Shown here: positions 9,198 to 18,404 of the stretch, piece after piece | How the letters are laid out: every line of letters begins with the position of its first letter | Numbering within the stretch: position 1 is the stretch's first letter | Source of the DNA: Candidatus Nanoarchaeia archaeon | GTDB lineage: Archaea; Nanobdellota; Nanobdellia; SCGC-AAA011-G17; UBA489 | Assembly: GCA_035289145.1 (NCBI GenBank) | Contig: DATDXZ010000063.1 | Coordinates: 1 to 29,139, forward strand | DNA: 29,139 nucleotides | Direction: 5' to 3' | Program-made: the position numbers and the translations under genes | The notes under the pieces: generated by a model | What the model was told of the DNA's origin: nothing | Database searches by the model: none | The model's input: the letters and a program-made list of their open reading frames with translations, nothing else

Positions 9198-9663
9198 CGG
9201 TTTGAATTATCTGATTGACCTTACTTATAAACATTTTGGTATTTTGCACTAATTCTTTGATTTTCTCCAAGTTTATGGTTTTGAGACGATAATCTCCAGA
9301 GGCAATGACTAGACGATCTTTTCGAATGAATTCTATGGGGCTTTCTCTTCTCCTGGTCACTATTTCATCGACTTCTTGTATGCACTTGAACGAGATGGGA
9401 CTGAATCCATATTTTTTTTGTGCATATTGCTGAAACAAACTTAACCGTGTTTGAAATTCAGCAGGAACAAACTGAATGCGCTTATACAGATAATCAAACT
9501 CTAACACCGCACACATGCCCTTGTCCAGCGCTTCTTTGAGCTTTTCTGCGACTGTCGCGAATAATCTTTGATCATTCAATAATGGAAAGGTGACATAGAT
9601 GAGATGGTCTGCAGTTTTGAATGCTTTTGTGGCTTCATTCACTAGGAGGATTGCTTTTTCCAT
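9175..9663 (-). CDS. Hypothetical helical protein, paralogue of 8691-9197
   Basis: KTADHLIYVT motif; TATA upstream. Confidence 0.8.
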   Translation of the reverse strand: MEKAILLVNEATKAFKTADHLIYVTFPLLNDQRLFATVAEKLKEALDKGMCAVLEFDYLYKRIQFVPAEFQTRLSLFQQYAQKKYGFSPISFKCIQEVDEIVTRRRESPIEFIRKDRLVIASGDYRLKTINLEKIKELVQNTKMFISKVNQIIQTGDRRLFE

Positions 9664-9712
9664 ATACTTCTCAGCAGCGGCTTAATCTATATAAACATTT
9701 GCGAGAACTTTC

Positions 9713-10561
9713 TTATTTCACTTTGAAAGTCTTTAACTCTAAGGTGTAAGTTACTTTTCCTTCCCCATCATATTGCACTTCTTTTACTAATCCAACATTT
9801 TTTGCGAAGAAAGACTCTGTCTTGAAACACCCAAAATCTCCCACATATTCTGGAATTGCGCCATTGAACAATACCTCTTCAAGATTTTTTCCATACACCA
9901 TTCTACAGTTCATGAGACAATTGGAGAACGTACCTGCAGGAACTGTTATCTCTCCATCACACATTTTAGCGCCTATAGCCCAATTAGGAGCCTCATTATC
10001 TTCTGTCGACGGTGAAATAATTATATCGGGCTTTATTACCACTGACCAAATCTGGTTTCTTGTTTCATCACCCATATGTTCTCCTTTTATAATCTCCCAA
10101 GCACCATCACCTACATATCCCCATATTACTTCTGGAGTTTCTTCTGTTTTACCAGTTCTTGGTTCATATCTCCCATCTCTTGGGTTGTCTCCTTGGACAT
10201 TCACTTTCCAAAAAATTCCTTTATCTTTTTCCGTAACACTATAAGTCTCTTCAGAACGAGAAGGCATTTCGTTTATTGCATTTCCTAAACTTACTACAAG
10301 GTAAGTTAATCCTTTTGGTTTATCCCAGCTTTTTTCAATTGTTGCTTCAGTACAATTAAAGACTTTTGCTCCTTCTTGTACAGTACGAACATAAGTCCAT
10401 GTATTTCCTTCTTGCAATGGAAAATGTTTTTGCATTACTTCCTTGGGTGTTAGATGTTCTTCAATTGCTATCTGGTTTTTTTCTTTTTGTGTTTGTTCTT
10501 CGTTACATGCACCTATTCCTAATAGTGCATATAATCCTGCTGTTTGCACTAGCTTTCTCAT
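9713..10561 (-). CDS. Lipoprotein, DUF3108-like beta-rich domain
   Basis: Lipobox LGIGAC; FPLQEGNTWTY, ITVPAGTFSNC, FAKNVGLVKE motifs. Confidence 0.75.
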   Translation of the reverse strand: MRKLVQTAGLYALLGIGACNEEQTQKEKNQIAIEEHLTPKEVMQKHFPLQEGNTWTYVRTVQEGAKVFNCTEATIEKSWDKPKGLTYLVVSLGNAINEMPSRSEETYSVTEKDKGIFWKVNVQGDNPRDGRYEPRTGKTEETPEVIWGYVGDGAWEIIKGEHMGDETRNQIWSVVIKPDIIISPSTEDNEAPNWAIGAKMCDGEITVPAGTFSNCLMNCRMVYGKNLEEVLFNGAIPEYVGDFGCFKTESFFAKNVGLVKEVQYDGEGKVTYTLELKTFKVK

Positions 10562-10600
10562 TTTGAATTCTCAGCTCTTGTTTTTCTTAAATACTTTTCT

Positions 10601-12127
10601 TTATCTTGGTCTCTCACTTGAGACTCCATGCAGGACATCGACCCCATTCACTACAGGCAGCACAGGATGCACTGGGACATATGTAGGCACTACTAGGTAA
10701 GAATTGATAGGTGTTCCGAACTGATCAATCCCTCCTGTTGTGATATCTGTAACCCAAGTACCGTTCGGAGCTATCTGTGTCAGAGGATTCGCGAAGGTTG
10801 GCTTCATCCACCAGTTTCCCACTGCATAGATATAAGTTGAAATTCTGTAATTCTGCGGTCTGACATTAACCACTCTTCCTCTTAAATCATCAAAACCTCC
10901 ATAACTTGGAACAAACGTATGTAAAACTTGTGGTCTAGCAACTGCTTTAGGAGTTCTTTCTGATGTAAAAAATCCCCAATATGGCTCTACTGGAGGATTA
11001 TTCTTCCATGGCTGATCAAAAGCTTCAAAATGAACTGTCTTTGTATGGGGAGAATTTAATAATCTAGTTTCAAGCTCACGATAGTAAGTATTTTGGTTTT
11101 CTGGACTTAATCCTTGCTCTCCTTCACTTGGCAATCCTACTTCTTTCAAAACTACCATCAAGGGCGTTTGTCCAGCTAAACTATTGTGCTGCTCTACTGT
11201 CCATTGCACTGCTGCACTAGGCTCTCTGATACCATGCCAATATGGATGAGCATTCGGGAACACCCAGTCACCAATATCTAGCATTTGCGGATTGTTGTAA
11301 TTCTCGATGACTTCTGTTGTCGTCACAGGCTTGTTTGTCTGCGCCCTTAGATTAGTTATTGCTGTTTCTAAAGCTCCAAAAGTATACCTGCTGTTTAACC
11401 CTTCATTTCCGACACAGTATCCGTCGACATATGCTTGCGCCTGCAGAGCATTGTTCAATTCTTCCTGATTAAATGGATCCCAGATTCCCATGACTACTTT
11501 CTGTATACCTACTTCCTTGGCAATTCTTGGTACTTGCCCTAAACTATTCTCAGAGCCATATGTCACTATTCCTCGTGTGTTTATGCGCACTAAGGTCTCT
11601 AAGTCTGTTCTCAAGCTTGCCTCATCAGGATATTGATGTGTTACTGGATTAAAATTTGTAGGTGCATATGCCATCCACACTCCATTTGGTGTAAAAAAAG
11701 AAGGACTATTTCTAGAAAAAGTGTCTCTCTGCTCGAGAGCAAACGAGCTTCTTGTTTTTGCTCCCTTGTCGTCTGCAACCTCAATCTGTACCATATATTC
11801 ATTGTTATTTCTGTCTAGGTCTTTTCTGTCTTGATAAGTAAACATACCTTCTTGTATTTCTCCTGCGCCTGCCACTTTAGTAATGGTTATAGGATCTCTA
11901 TCTGGATCAGAGACGTACGCTCTTAGATCTAGACTCAAAGGATCTCCCTCATTTACTATCTGTCTTGGAATCATTTGTATCACCGGAGGTCTGTTCTCAG
12001 ACGTATTACTTGTAGTCCTATGACTTATGTCACATCCAGAACCTACTAATGCACCCAACGTGAGTGCGGTCTTCAGCATCCATGATTTCATCCTGTTTTT
12101 CTCTGTCATTGCTAGTACCTCCGACAT
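10601..12127 (-). CDS. Lipoprotein: Ig/cadherin-like domain + GH17-type beta-1,3-glucanase + C-terminal beta domain
   Basis: Lipobox LVGSGC; NRPPVI...VSDPDRDPIT Ig-like; YAP/TYGS, VGNEGL (acid/base), PNAHPYW, KEVGLPS (nucleophile), FEAFDQPWK. True start uncertain. Confidence 0.85.
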   Translation of the reverse strand: MSEVLAMTEKNRMKSWMLKTALTLGALVGSGCDISHRTTSNTSENRPPVIQMIPRQIVNEGDPLSLDLRAYVSDPDRDPITITKVAGAGEIQEGMFTYQDRKDLDRNNNEYMVQIEVADDKGAKTRSSFALEQRDTFSRNSPSFFTPNGVWMAYAPTNFNPVTHQYPDEASLRTDLETLVRINTRGIVTYGSENSLGQVPRIAKEVGIQKVVMGIWDPFNQEELNNALQAQAYVDGYCVGNEGLNSRYTFGALETAITNLRAQTNKPVTTTEVIENYNNPQMLDIGDWVFPNAHPYWHGIREPSAAVQWTVEQHNSLAGQTPLMVVLKEVGLPSEGEQGLSPENQNTYYRELETRLLNSPHTKTVHFEAFDQPWKNNPPVEPYWGFFTSERTPKAVARPQVLHTFVPSYGGFDDLRGRVVNVRPQNYRISTYIYAVGNWWMKPTFANPLTQIAPNGTWVTDITTGGIDQFGTPINSYLVVPTYVPVHPVLPVVNGVDVLHGVSSERPR

Positions 12128-12206
12128 ACTTTACTCTTCTGTAAAAAACATCTTAGAACCAACATTATAAGTTACTTTACCTTATTGTTCTTGACTAACA
12201 CTATAC

Positions 12207-12216
12207 TCACTAGTGA
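12207..12216. promoter_or_regulatory. Perfect palindrome TCACTAGTGA directly upstream of BRE/TATA in the divergent GH17/phoU-like intergenic region
   Basis: 10-bp palindrome; TTTAAATA at 12224-12231. Operator role is inferred. Confidence 0.3.
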
Positions 12217-12282
12217 AAAACTATTTAAATATATACTCTTCCTTTTTGAACTTTAAGCATGCTATTTTCAAAAGGTCACACC

Positions 12283-13272
12283 ATGAAACGAAGAATAGTC
12301 AAACAAGGGCATAATACTCATACTATTACTTTGCCTAGCCAGTGGGTTAAATTGAATAACTTGAAGTCTGGTCAGGAACTTGATGTTGTTGAACAAGAGA
12401 ATAGGCTTATTATTACAACATAACCCTCCAGTGAATATAAAACTGCGACCTTCGATATTACTGGCGCGACTATTAGTACTATCTGGAAATATTATATGGC
12501 CATCTATCGCCAAGGTTATGATGAAGTGAAAATCACTTATGATCCAACACATACTCTGCCCAATCCCTATCGATACTATCGAAGGCAGACATATGACTCA
12601 CGATTCACGAAATATAATCAAACTAAAACTATTGAAGAAGCAGTCCGCCTTTTTACTAACCGATTTGTTGGTTTTGAAATTGTTGAACATGGAATCAATT
12701 ACACCCTTATTAAATCTATAGGGGATGTTTCACTGAAAGAATTTGACAATTCTTTGAGAAGAGTATTCTTGCTTTTGCAATCCATGGCACATAATGTTCT
12801 TGATGCTCTCAAAACTACCGATAGTAGAAAAATAGAGACTATATGGGATACTGATATTAATCTTGACAAATTCCACGACTACTGCGTGCGTGTTACTAAC
12901 AAATATAGAGTGACACAGCCACAACATACTACGCCAGTTATAGGGATTCTTCAATTTATTGAGCTTGTTGGCGATGAATATAAAAATATAACTAATCATT
13001 TACTTTTTGACCTTCCTAAAAATAATTATAAAAATGTTTTATGGATTACAGAATTGATAGCTCAAGCTATTGACCTTTATGTAGATGTTTATTACAAATT
13101 TAGCAACAATAAAGTACATACTCTTGCAAAATTAGATGAAAAAATTTATACGAGCATTGCAAAATTCATTAAGAAAGCGACATTTTCAGAACAGGAGCTT
13201 CTTCATCACTTCAGATTTATTCGACGTTATCTCAACAGCCTTCTTGAGCTTAGAATACAAATGGAATTCTAA
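12283..13272 (+). pseudogene. AbrB-PhoU phosphate-uptake-regulator family gene with an in-frame TAA
   Basis: MKRRIVKQGHNTHTITLPSQWVKLNNLKSGQELDV (AbrB) stops at TAA 12421-12423; the same frame continues into the 12496-13272 PhoU-like ORF (DTDINLDKFHDYCVR, IELVGDEYKNI). Confidence 0.85.
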
Positions 13273-13282
13273 ATGGGCTCCT

Positions 13283-13330
13283 TTACTCTCGCAGGTCGAG
13301 AATCGTCTGAGCTAAATAACCACTAAATTT
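13283..13330 (-). repeat. Degenerate second copy of the nac 3' end
   Basis: Translates KFSGYLAQTILDLRE* versus nac KSNGDLAEAILSLQQ (15262-15309): 7/15 aa and 27/45 nt identical by manual alignment. Confidence 0.65.
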
Positions 13331-13340
13331 TCTAGAAGTT

Positions 13341-14453
13341 TTATTCTGTTATTCTAATAAATTTCCCATTTTCTACAGTTTTAGGAACATATCCCTTGTC
13401 CGTAACCCGTCCCTTACTATCGAAAGAAATAGTATTTGAAATTCCATCATATTCTTTTATGGACGAAAGATACTGGGCTATTTCTTCAGGAGTAGTTTTA
13501 CCTTCTCTTAAGGCGCTGGCGATTAATTGTAATGCATCATACCCATAAGATGCAGGAGGTGATGCTTCTATGCTAAACTTTGCAGTATATTTTTTTCTAA
13601 ATTCTGCTTCTTGCTCATCTATTTGCGGATATCCGTAGATAGTTCCTTCAATTCCAGGAAATGCTTTTAAAAGCATAGGATTTTCTGTGCCTGATGGGGA
13701 ATATATTTGTAGGTTTAACTCAAATTCCTTAGCTTGTTTATTAAATGCTCCCTGGCTTGGATAGAATGCGAAGGGGGCAAAAATCGCATCACTATTTGTC
13801 TTCTTTATTTTGGTTATAATGGTTCTAAAATCGTCTTCATCTGGATCTGTGGGAAAACTCTCCCCAATAGAGATACCGTTTTTTCTAGCTTCTTCTAAAA
13901 AATTATTTTTGACTGACTCTGACCAATCATTTAAACTGTAAATAACTACTACTTTTTTTACATTATGTTCCTTCATATGTTTAATAATAGGCAGGACTTC
14001 TTGTTTTTCTGTCGGCCATAAACTAAAAAAATATTTGCTTGGTTCTAAAATAACTCCTCCTGATGGGGAGATCATTAAAACTTTTAACTGCTCTGCAAGA
14101 GGGCTAGCTGCTTGCGCAAACCATGTTGGACCAATAATCACTTGCAAATTATCTGTATTGACTAGCTTTTGAATTGCATTAACCGTCTTTACAAAATTTG
14201 TTTCTGAATCCTCTACGATTAAGACTAGTTTCTTTCCATTAATTCCTCCTTGACTATTAATTTCTTCAAGCGCTAGATTTGCACCATTTAATTCTCCAGT
14301 GCCCCAAAAAGCTCCTTCTCCAGAAAGATGAAAGACCCCACCTATAGAAATAGTTTCTTCTTCAACTTCATTTGATTTGTTGAGTGTTATGGCTATTATT
14401 ATTACTATTAGAACCGTGATTATTCCAATTCCTATTTTGTATATCTTTACCAT
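13341..14453 (-). CDS. LivJ/LivK-like ABC substrate-binding protein, membrane anchored
   Basis: N-terminal TM; IGGVFHLSG, INSQGGINGKKLVLIVED, IIGP, YGYDAL, YDGISNTISFD. Confidence 0.92.
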   Translation of the reverse strand: MVKIYKIGIGIITVLIVIIIAITLNKSNEVEEETISIGGVFHLSGEGAFWGTGELNGANLALEEINSQGGINGKKLVLIVEDSETNFVKTVNAIQKLVNTDNLQVIIGPTWFAQAASPLAEQLKVLMISPSGGVILEPSKYFFSLWPTEKQEVLPIIKHMKEHNVKKVVVIYSLNDWSESVKNNFLEEARKNGISIGESFPTDPDEDDFRTIITKIKKTNSDAIFAPFAFYPSQGAFNKQAKEFELNLQIYSPSGTENPMLLKAFPGIEGTIYGYPQIDEQEAEFRKKYTAKFSIEASPPASYGYDALQLIASALREGKTTPEEIAQYLSSIKEYDGISNTISFDSKGRVTDKGYVPKTVENGKFIRITE

Positions 14454-14495
14454 TTTCTTCTAATAAACGTCTACAGAAATGCTTATAAATTATTA

Positions 14496-14514
14496 TTCAA
14501 CAGTAACTATTGAA
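14496..14514. promoter_or_regulatory. Imperfect palindrome between TATA and trmB start (candidate operator)
   Basis: TTCAACAGTAACTATTGAA is 16/19 self-complementary; shared TTATAAAT at 14483-14490 can serve both divergent genes. Confidence 0.5.
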
Positions 14515-15278
14515 TGAAAGAAGCATTACAGAACCTCGGACTTACTGATGGTGAAATCTCTGTTTATCTCGCGTTGCTAAAATTAGGCACAGTCACTAAT
14601 AGCCCTATTGCGAAAGAATCTCAATTACAGAGCTCCACTGTCTACTATTGTCTCAACTCTTTGGTCAAAAAGGGCTTCGCAACCTATATTTTAAAGGGAA
14701 ATAGAAAACATTTTAGCGCAGTTGATCCTGAAGTGATCCCGGAAATATTAGATGAAAAACAAAAGCAATTAGATCTTCAAAAGAAGGAGATACAACATAT
14801 TGTTAAGACACTGCGTCAGTATAAACGCTCTTCGGAAGAACAAACAACTGCTGAAGTATTTGAAGGATTTAGAGGATTTCAAATGATCTTTAGAAGCATC
14901 CTTAAACAAAGTAAGAGAGGGGATTATTATGAAGCTTTTGCCTATGAACAAAAAACGACAGAGTCTCCAGCCATTAAATTATTATTCATGCAGCATAATC
15001 AAAAATTAAAAAGAAAAGGGGTAAAGTTACGACTAATTGCTTCTTTATCGATGAAAAACGCTTTATTAGATATTTATGGAAAGCAGTTCTTACAAAAATT
15101 TCAAGAGATTAGGTACACTCAAACTGTTATTCCTGTGGGCATTACTCTCTTTAAAGACACAGTGATTACCCATATTCCTGAAAATGAAAAAATTATTTCT
15201 ATAAAAGTAAAAAGTCATAAATTAGCGACCATGTATCGTGATTATTTTAATTTTGTTTGGAAATCTGCTGAAGACTAA
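14514..15278 (+). CDS. TrmB-family transcriptional regulator
   Basis: LQNLGLTDGEISVYLALLKLG...VYYCLNSLVKKG, AVDPE, EVFEGFRG. Confidence 0.9.
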   Translation: MKEALQNLGLTDGEISVYLALLKLGTVTNSPIAKESQLQSSTVYYCLNSLVKKGFATYILKGNRKHFSAVDPEVIPEILDEKQKQLDLQKKEIQHIVKTLRQYKRSSEEQTTAEVFEGFRGFQMIFRSILKQSKRGDYYEAFAYEQKTTESPAIKLLFMQHNQKLKRKGVKLRLIASLSMKNALLDIYGKQFLQKFQEIRYTQTVIPVGITLFKDTVITHIPENEKIISIKVKSHKLATMYRDYFNFVWKSAED

Positions 15279-15591
15279 GGATTGCTTCAGCTAGATCGCC
15301 ATTAGATTTTTCCAAAGCTGCGCGTGCTTTGTCTTTTGAGACTTTGGCTTGCTCTGCTACTGTATCTACATCTTCTTCTGAGAATTTCTGTGCTTCTACT
15401 TCTTCAATGGTACCACTAATTTGCAATGTTTCTTGACCCATAGCAATTACTTTTGATACTTGAGGATTACGAATTACTAAGTCTTTAGTTGGTGTTTTGA
15501 TAATAACTTCAGTTGCCTCTATTTCTTCTTGCTTAATTCCCATTTTTTTCATGGCTTCCTTTACCATTTTGGGATTCATGCCTGGAAACAT
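15247..15591 (-). CDS. nac: Archaeal nascent polypeptide-associated complex protein
   Basis: MNPKMVKEAMKKMGIKQEEI, NPQVSKV, ETLQISG, UBA-like EDVDTVAEQA...GDLAEAIL. Confidence 0.96.
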   Translation of the reverse strand: MFPGMNPKMVKEAMKKMGIKQEEIEATEVIIKTPTKDLVIRNPQVSKVIAMGQETLQISGTIEEVEAQKFSEEDVDTVAEQAKVSKDKARAALEKSNGDLAEAILSLQQISKQN

Positions 15592-15768
15592 CTTGTAGCA
15601 GCTTTCTTCTCCCTATAAAAATCTTTCTTGTTATCTTTCTCTTGCTAGTTTTTCTAAACTCATCATCTTCTGAAAAAATTATTTTCTTCTAAGCTTTTAT
15701 CACTGTGCTTTCCAACATTCTTCTACATTATACAAATCTTTTTATAGTTCGCATATACCTCTTTTTGC

Positions 15769-16056
15769 ATGAATTCATCACTTGAAGATTCTCTGCGACG
15801 AGCTTCTTCTCTTGCACTACGCAAACGTTCTATGGAGGAAGAACTTTCTGAGCTCCCAGCCGTCGCATTAATATCAATTAGTGGATTATCCTTCTTTGGA
15901 TCTCTTTATAGTCCTATTGCCAGTGTCGCCTTGGGAGCATTTGCTGCTGGCACTTTTGCACTAGAGTATGTTAAGCTTAGAAAAGCATATCGCCTCTTAG
16001 ATCCACAACTACAATCCAGTTCTCAACCTCAGTTCCCTCAAGATACTACTTCTTAA
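15769..16056 (+). CDS. Small membrane protein (two hydrophobic segments)
   Basis: ATG 22 nt after TTTTTATA; two TM-like stretches. Confidence 0.7.
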   Translation: MNSSLEDSLRRASSLALRKRSMEEELSELPAVALISISGLSFFGSLYSPIASVALGAFAAGTFALEYVKLRKAYRLLDPQLQSSSQPQFPQDTTS

Positions 16057-16100
16057 CTTCCCTCATAATCTTTAAATAGGTTCTTTTCACAAACTCTCTC

Positions 16101-17930
16101 ATGAGCTGGGGCGTTTATTCTTCTGACAAGGCACTGTTGCCTCCTTTAGTATACTCTAATAAAAAAACCCAGGAAAGCGTGGTTGATGAGATTGAGCAAG
16201 CGATTAAAGAAGGCCATAAGATTATCTTTGTGCATGGCAAATGTGGCAGCGGAAAAAGCCTGATCGGATTGGAATTGGCAAGACGACTAGGAAAAGCATC
16301 AGTTGTTGTTCCTGTGAAATATCTACAGAAGCAATATGAAGAAGATTACACTAATAAGATGTATCTGCAAAAAGACACTGGAGAAAAACTTAAGATTACA
16401 ATTTTAACAGGCAGAAATAATCATCAATGCCTCTATGATTCGCAACATACTGCTGATCATCATCTTCTGCCCTGCACTGTTGAGATCAAAAAAGAAAACT
16501 TACAACTTTTGGATAAATATCTAGAAGAAAATCCCATGGTAGATGTCGAGAACTTTAAAAATATTGACGATATCCGAAGAGTTTCTGTAGCAGCTGCCTG
16601 CCCTTTTTGGAGCCCTGTCATCAACAAAGACTGGTTTGGCAATGACTATGGATTGAAAGACGCACAACAAGTAGATTATGAGGGACTCAGGAACAGACAA
16701 TTCGCCTACTTCAGAAGAAAACCTGGCTGCACCTATTATGCGCAATTCATGAGCTATATCACCGCTGACGTGCTAGTTTTTAACAGCAAAAAATACGAAA
16801 TAGAAGTCACGATGGACAGAAAACCTGTCACTGCTGTTGAAATTATTGATGAATGCGATGAATTCTTGGATAACTTCAGCAACGAGAAGAGATTTAACCT
16901 AGACATTCTCTCTACAAAGCTTAATTCGCTTATTCAACAATGCAAGGACGAAGAGACCAAAGAAGCATTATTGGATATCAGCGATCAAGCTCAAAAATTC
17001 CTGAGGTCAACTACCTTTGACTCTTTTTTGCAACAAGAAAAAGTTTTTTCCTTCAAGAACTCACAGGCATGGGAACTTTTGAATACTCTACTGCAACATG
17101 ACAAGATCCTGGAATATGAGGAATTAGAGCCATATATCATGATTGCGAAATATTTTGAACACCTCCAAGAAGACACCTATTATACCTATTATCACGACAG
17201 AAAAAATTATAGAGGCATCTTACTGGTCAATGTGAATCTAGAAAAGAAGTTCAAAGAGTTCTTGGAGAAAAACAAAGTATTTGTGCTCATGAGCGGGACT
17301 CTGCATAGCAGAAAAGTTTTGGAAACAGTTTTTGGCATTACTGAGTTCAAGACTATCACGGCAGAAACTAAGGACATGGGCACAGCGAAGAAAACTTTTA
17401 CACGACTGGAGAGAAACTTTCGATACAAAGAATTTGAAGACGGCAGATTGACTAAAGAAGATTATTTGAAAGCCCTAGCAAAATGTTTAGAAGTAGCAGA
17501 AAAACCTGTTCTTGTGCATGTGAATAGCTATGCTGATCTCCCTAGCGAAGAGGAAAAACAACAGTACAACTTAACTTCTATCCAAAGCCGCGAGAAACTA
17601 GAAGAGCAACAGGAAAAATACAAACAAGGAGAATTACTGCAGATGTTTAAAGAGGGCAAAATACCTATTTTATATTCTACTCGCTGCTCACGAGGTGTAG
17701 ACTTTCCAGGAGACATGTGCAGAAGCATAGTCTTTACTAAATATCCTTATCCCAGCATGCATTCTTTATTTTGGAAAGTCTTGAAGCTCAGCAGACCTGA
17801 ACACTTTATGGACTTCTATTTTGATAAAGCACGAAGAGAATTTTTGCAACGCGTTTATAGAGGACTGCGTTTTCCAGAAGACAAAGTCACTCTCTTAAGT
17901 CCTGATATGAAAGTATTAGAAAGCTTCTGA
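16101..17930 (+). CDS. DinG/XPD(Rad3)-like SF2 helicase with Fe-S cysteines
   Basis: GKCGSGKS, GRNNHQC, LPC, ACPFW, GCTYY, IIDECD, MSGTL, RGVDFPGD, KYPYP, QRVYRGLR. Confidence 0.88.
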   Translation: MSWGVYSSDKALLPPLVYSNKKTQESVVDEIEQAIKEGHKIIFVHGKCGSGKSLIGLELARRLGKASVVVPVKYLQKQYEEDYTNKMYLQKDTGEKLKITILTGRNNHQCLYDSQHTADHHLLPCTVEIKKENLQLLDKYLEENPMVDVENFKNIDDIRRVSVAAACPFWSPVINKDWFGNDYGLKDAQQVDYEGLRNRQFAYFRRKPGCTYYAQFMSYITADVLVFNSKKYEIEVTMDRKPVTAVEIIDECDEFLDNFSNEKRFNLDILSTKLNSLIQQCKDEETKEALLDISDQAQKFLRSTTFDSFLQQEKVFSFKNSQAWELLNTLLQHDKILEYEELEPYIMIAKYFEHLQEDTYYTYYHDRKNYRGILLVNVNLEKKFKEFLEKNKVFVLMSGTLHSRKVLETVFGITEFKTITAETKDMGTAKKTFTRLERNFRYKEFEDGRLTKEDYLKALAKCLEVAEKPVLVHVNSYADLPSEEEKQQYNLTSIQSREKLEEQQEKYKQGELLQMFKEGKIPILYSTRCSRGVDFPGDMCRSIVFTKYPYPSMHSLFWKVLKLSRPEHFMDFYFDKARREFLQRVYRGLRFPEDKVTLLSPDMKVLESF

Positions 17931-17935
17931 TTTGT

Positions 17936-18100
17936 TCATAAAAACTGGTATTTTGCATCTTCAAATATTGGTATAACTATTACTTCTTTGATTATATCAA
18001 ATGCATCTTTCAACTCAACAACAAACTTATAGCCAGCTTCTGTGTTTTGTACTGCCAATTCCGCTTCAAATTCCCAACTGCTGACGACTGCGTACGCTAC
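17936..18100 (-). pseudogene. 5'-truncated Lrp/AsnC RAM-domain fragment
   Basis: VAYAVVSSWEFEAELAVQNTEAGYKFVVELKDAFDIIKEVIVIPIFEDAKYQFL* aligns without gaps to the 4813 Lrp C-terminus over the core (SW-x-[LF]E-x-E...Y...L...F); in-frame TAG upstream and no ATG. Confidence 0.7.
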
Positions 18101-18139
18101 CTAGGAAATGATAAATCTAACAACACAGTAGTCTCAGTA

Positions 18140-18382
18140 ATGTACTCAGATCTTGTTAGACTCCTTGTCTTTAATACAGATGGACAACTTATTACTCAAC
18201 ATCCAGTCTTTGTTAGCCAAGGATCTGAATTTAATAAGCCCAAGTTAAGCAGTGTTGTTGCACAAATGAGCATGGACTTTCCACTTGGAGTAGCAGTAGA
18301 CAGAATGTTAGAAACTGCATCTCGATATCAAAAAACTACTTCCTACGATACCCTGTTTAAAGACTATGCATGCGGGCAATAA
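18140..18382 (+). CDS. Hypothetical protein (80 aa)
   Basis: Start moved to ATG 18140 because the track's N-terminal extension is antisense to the Lrp fragment. Confidence 0.55.
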   Translation: MYSDLVRLLVFNTDGQLITQHPVFVSQGSEFNKPKLSSVVAQMSMDFPLGVAVDRMLETASRYQKTTSYDTLFKDYACGQ

Positions 18383-18404
18383 ATAATATCTAGAAAGCAT
18401 TTGA

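Noticed and set aside
12268-12552. Track ORF on the minus strand (94 aa)
   Set aside because: Antisense to the interrupted AbrB-PhoU gene, which has clear family motifs.
18047-18139. N-terminal extension of the 18047-18382 ORF
   Set aside because: It is the antisense of the Lrp fragment; ATG 18140 is the more plausible start.
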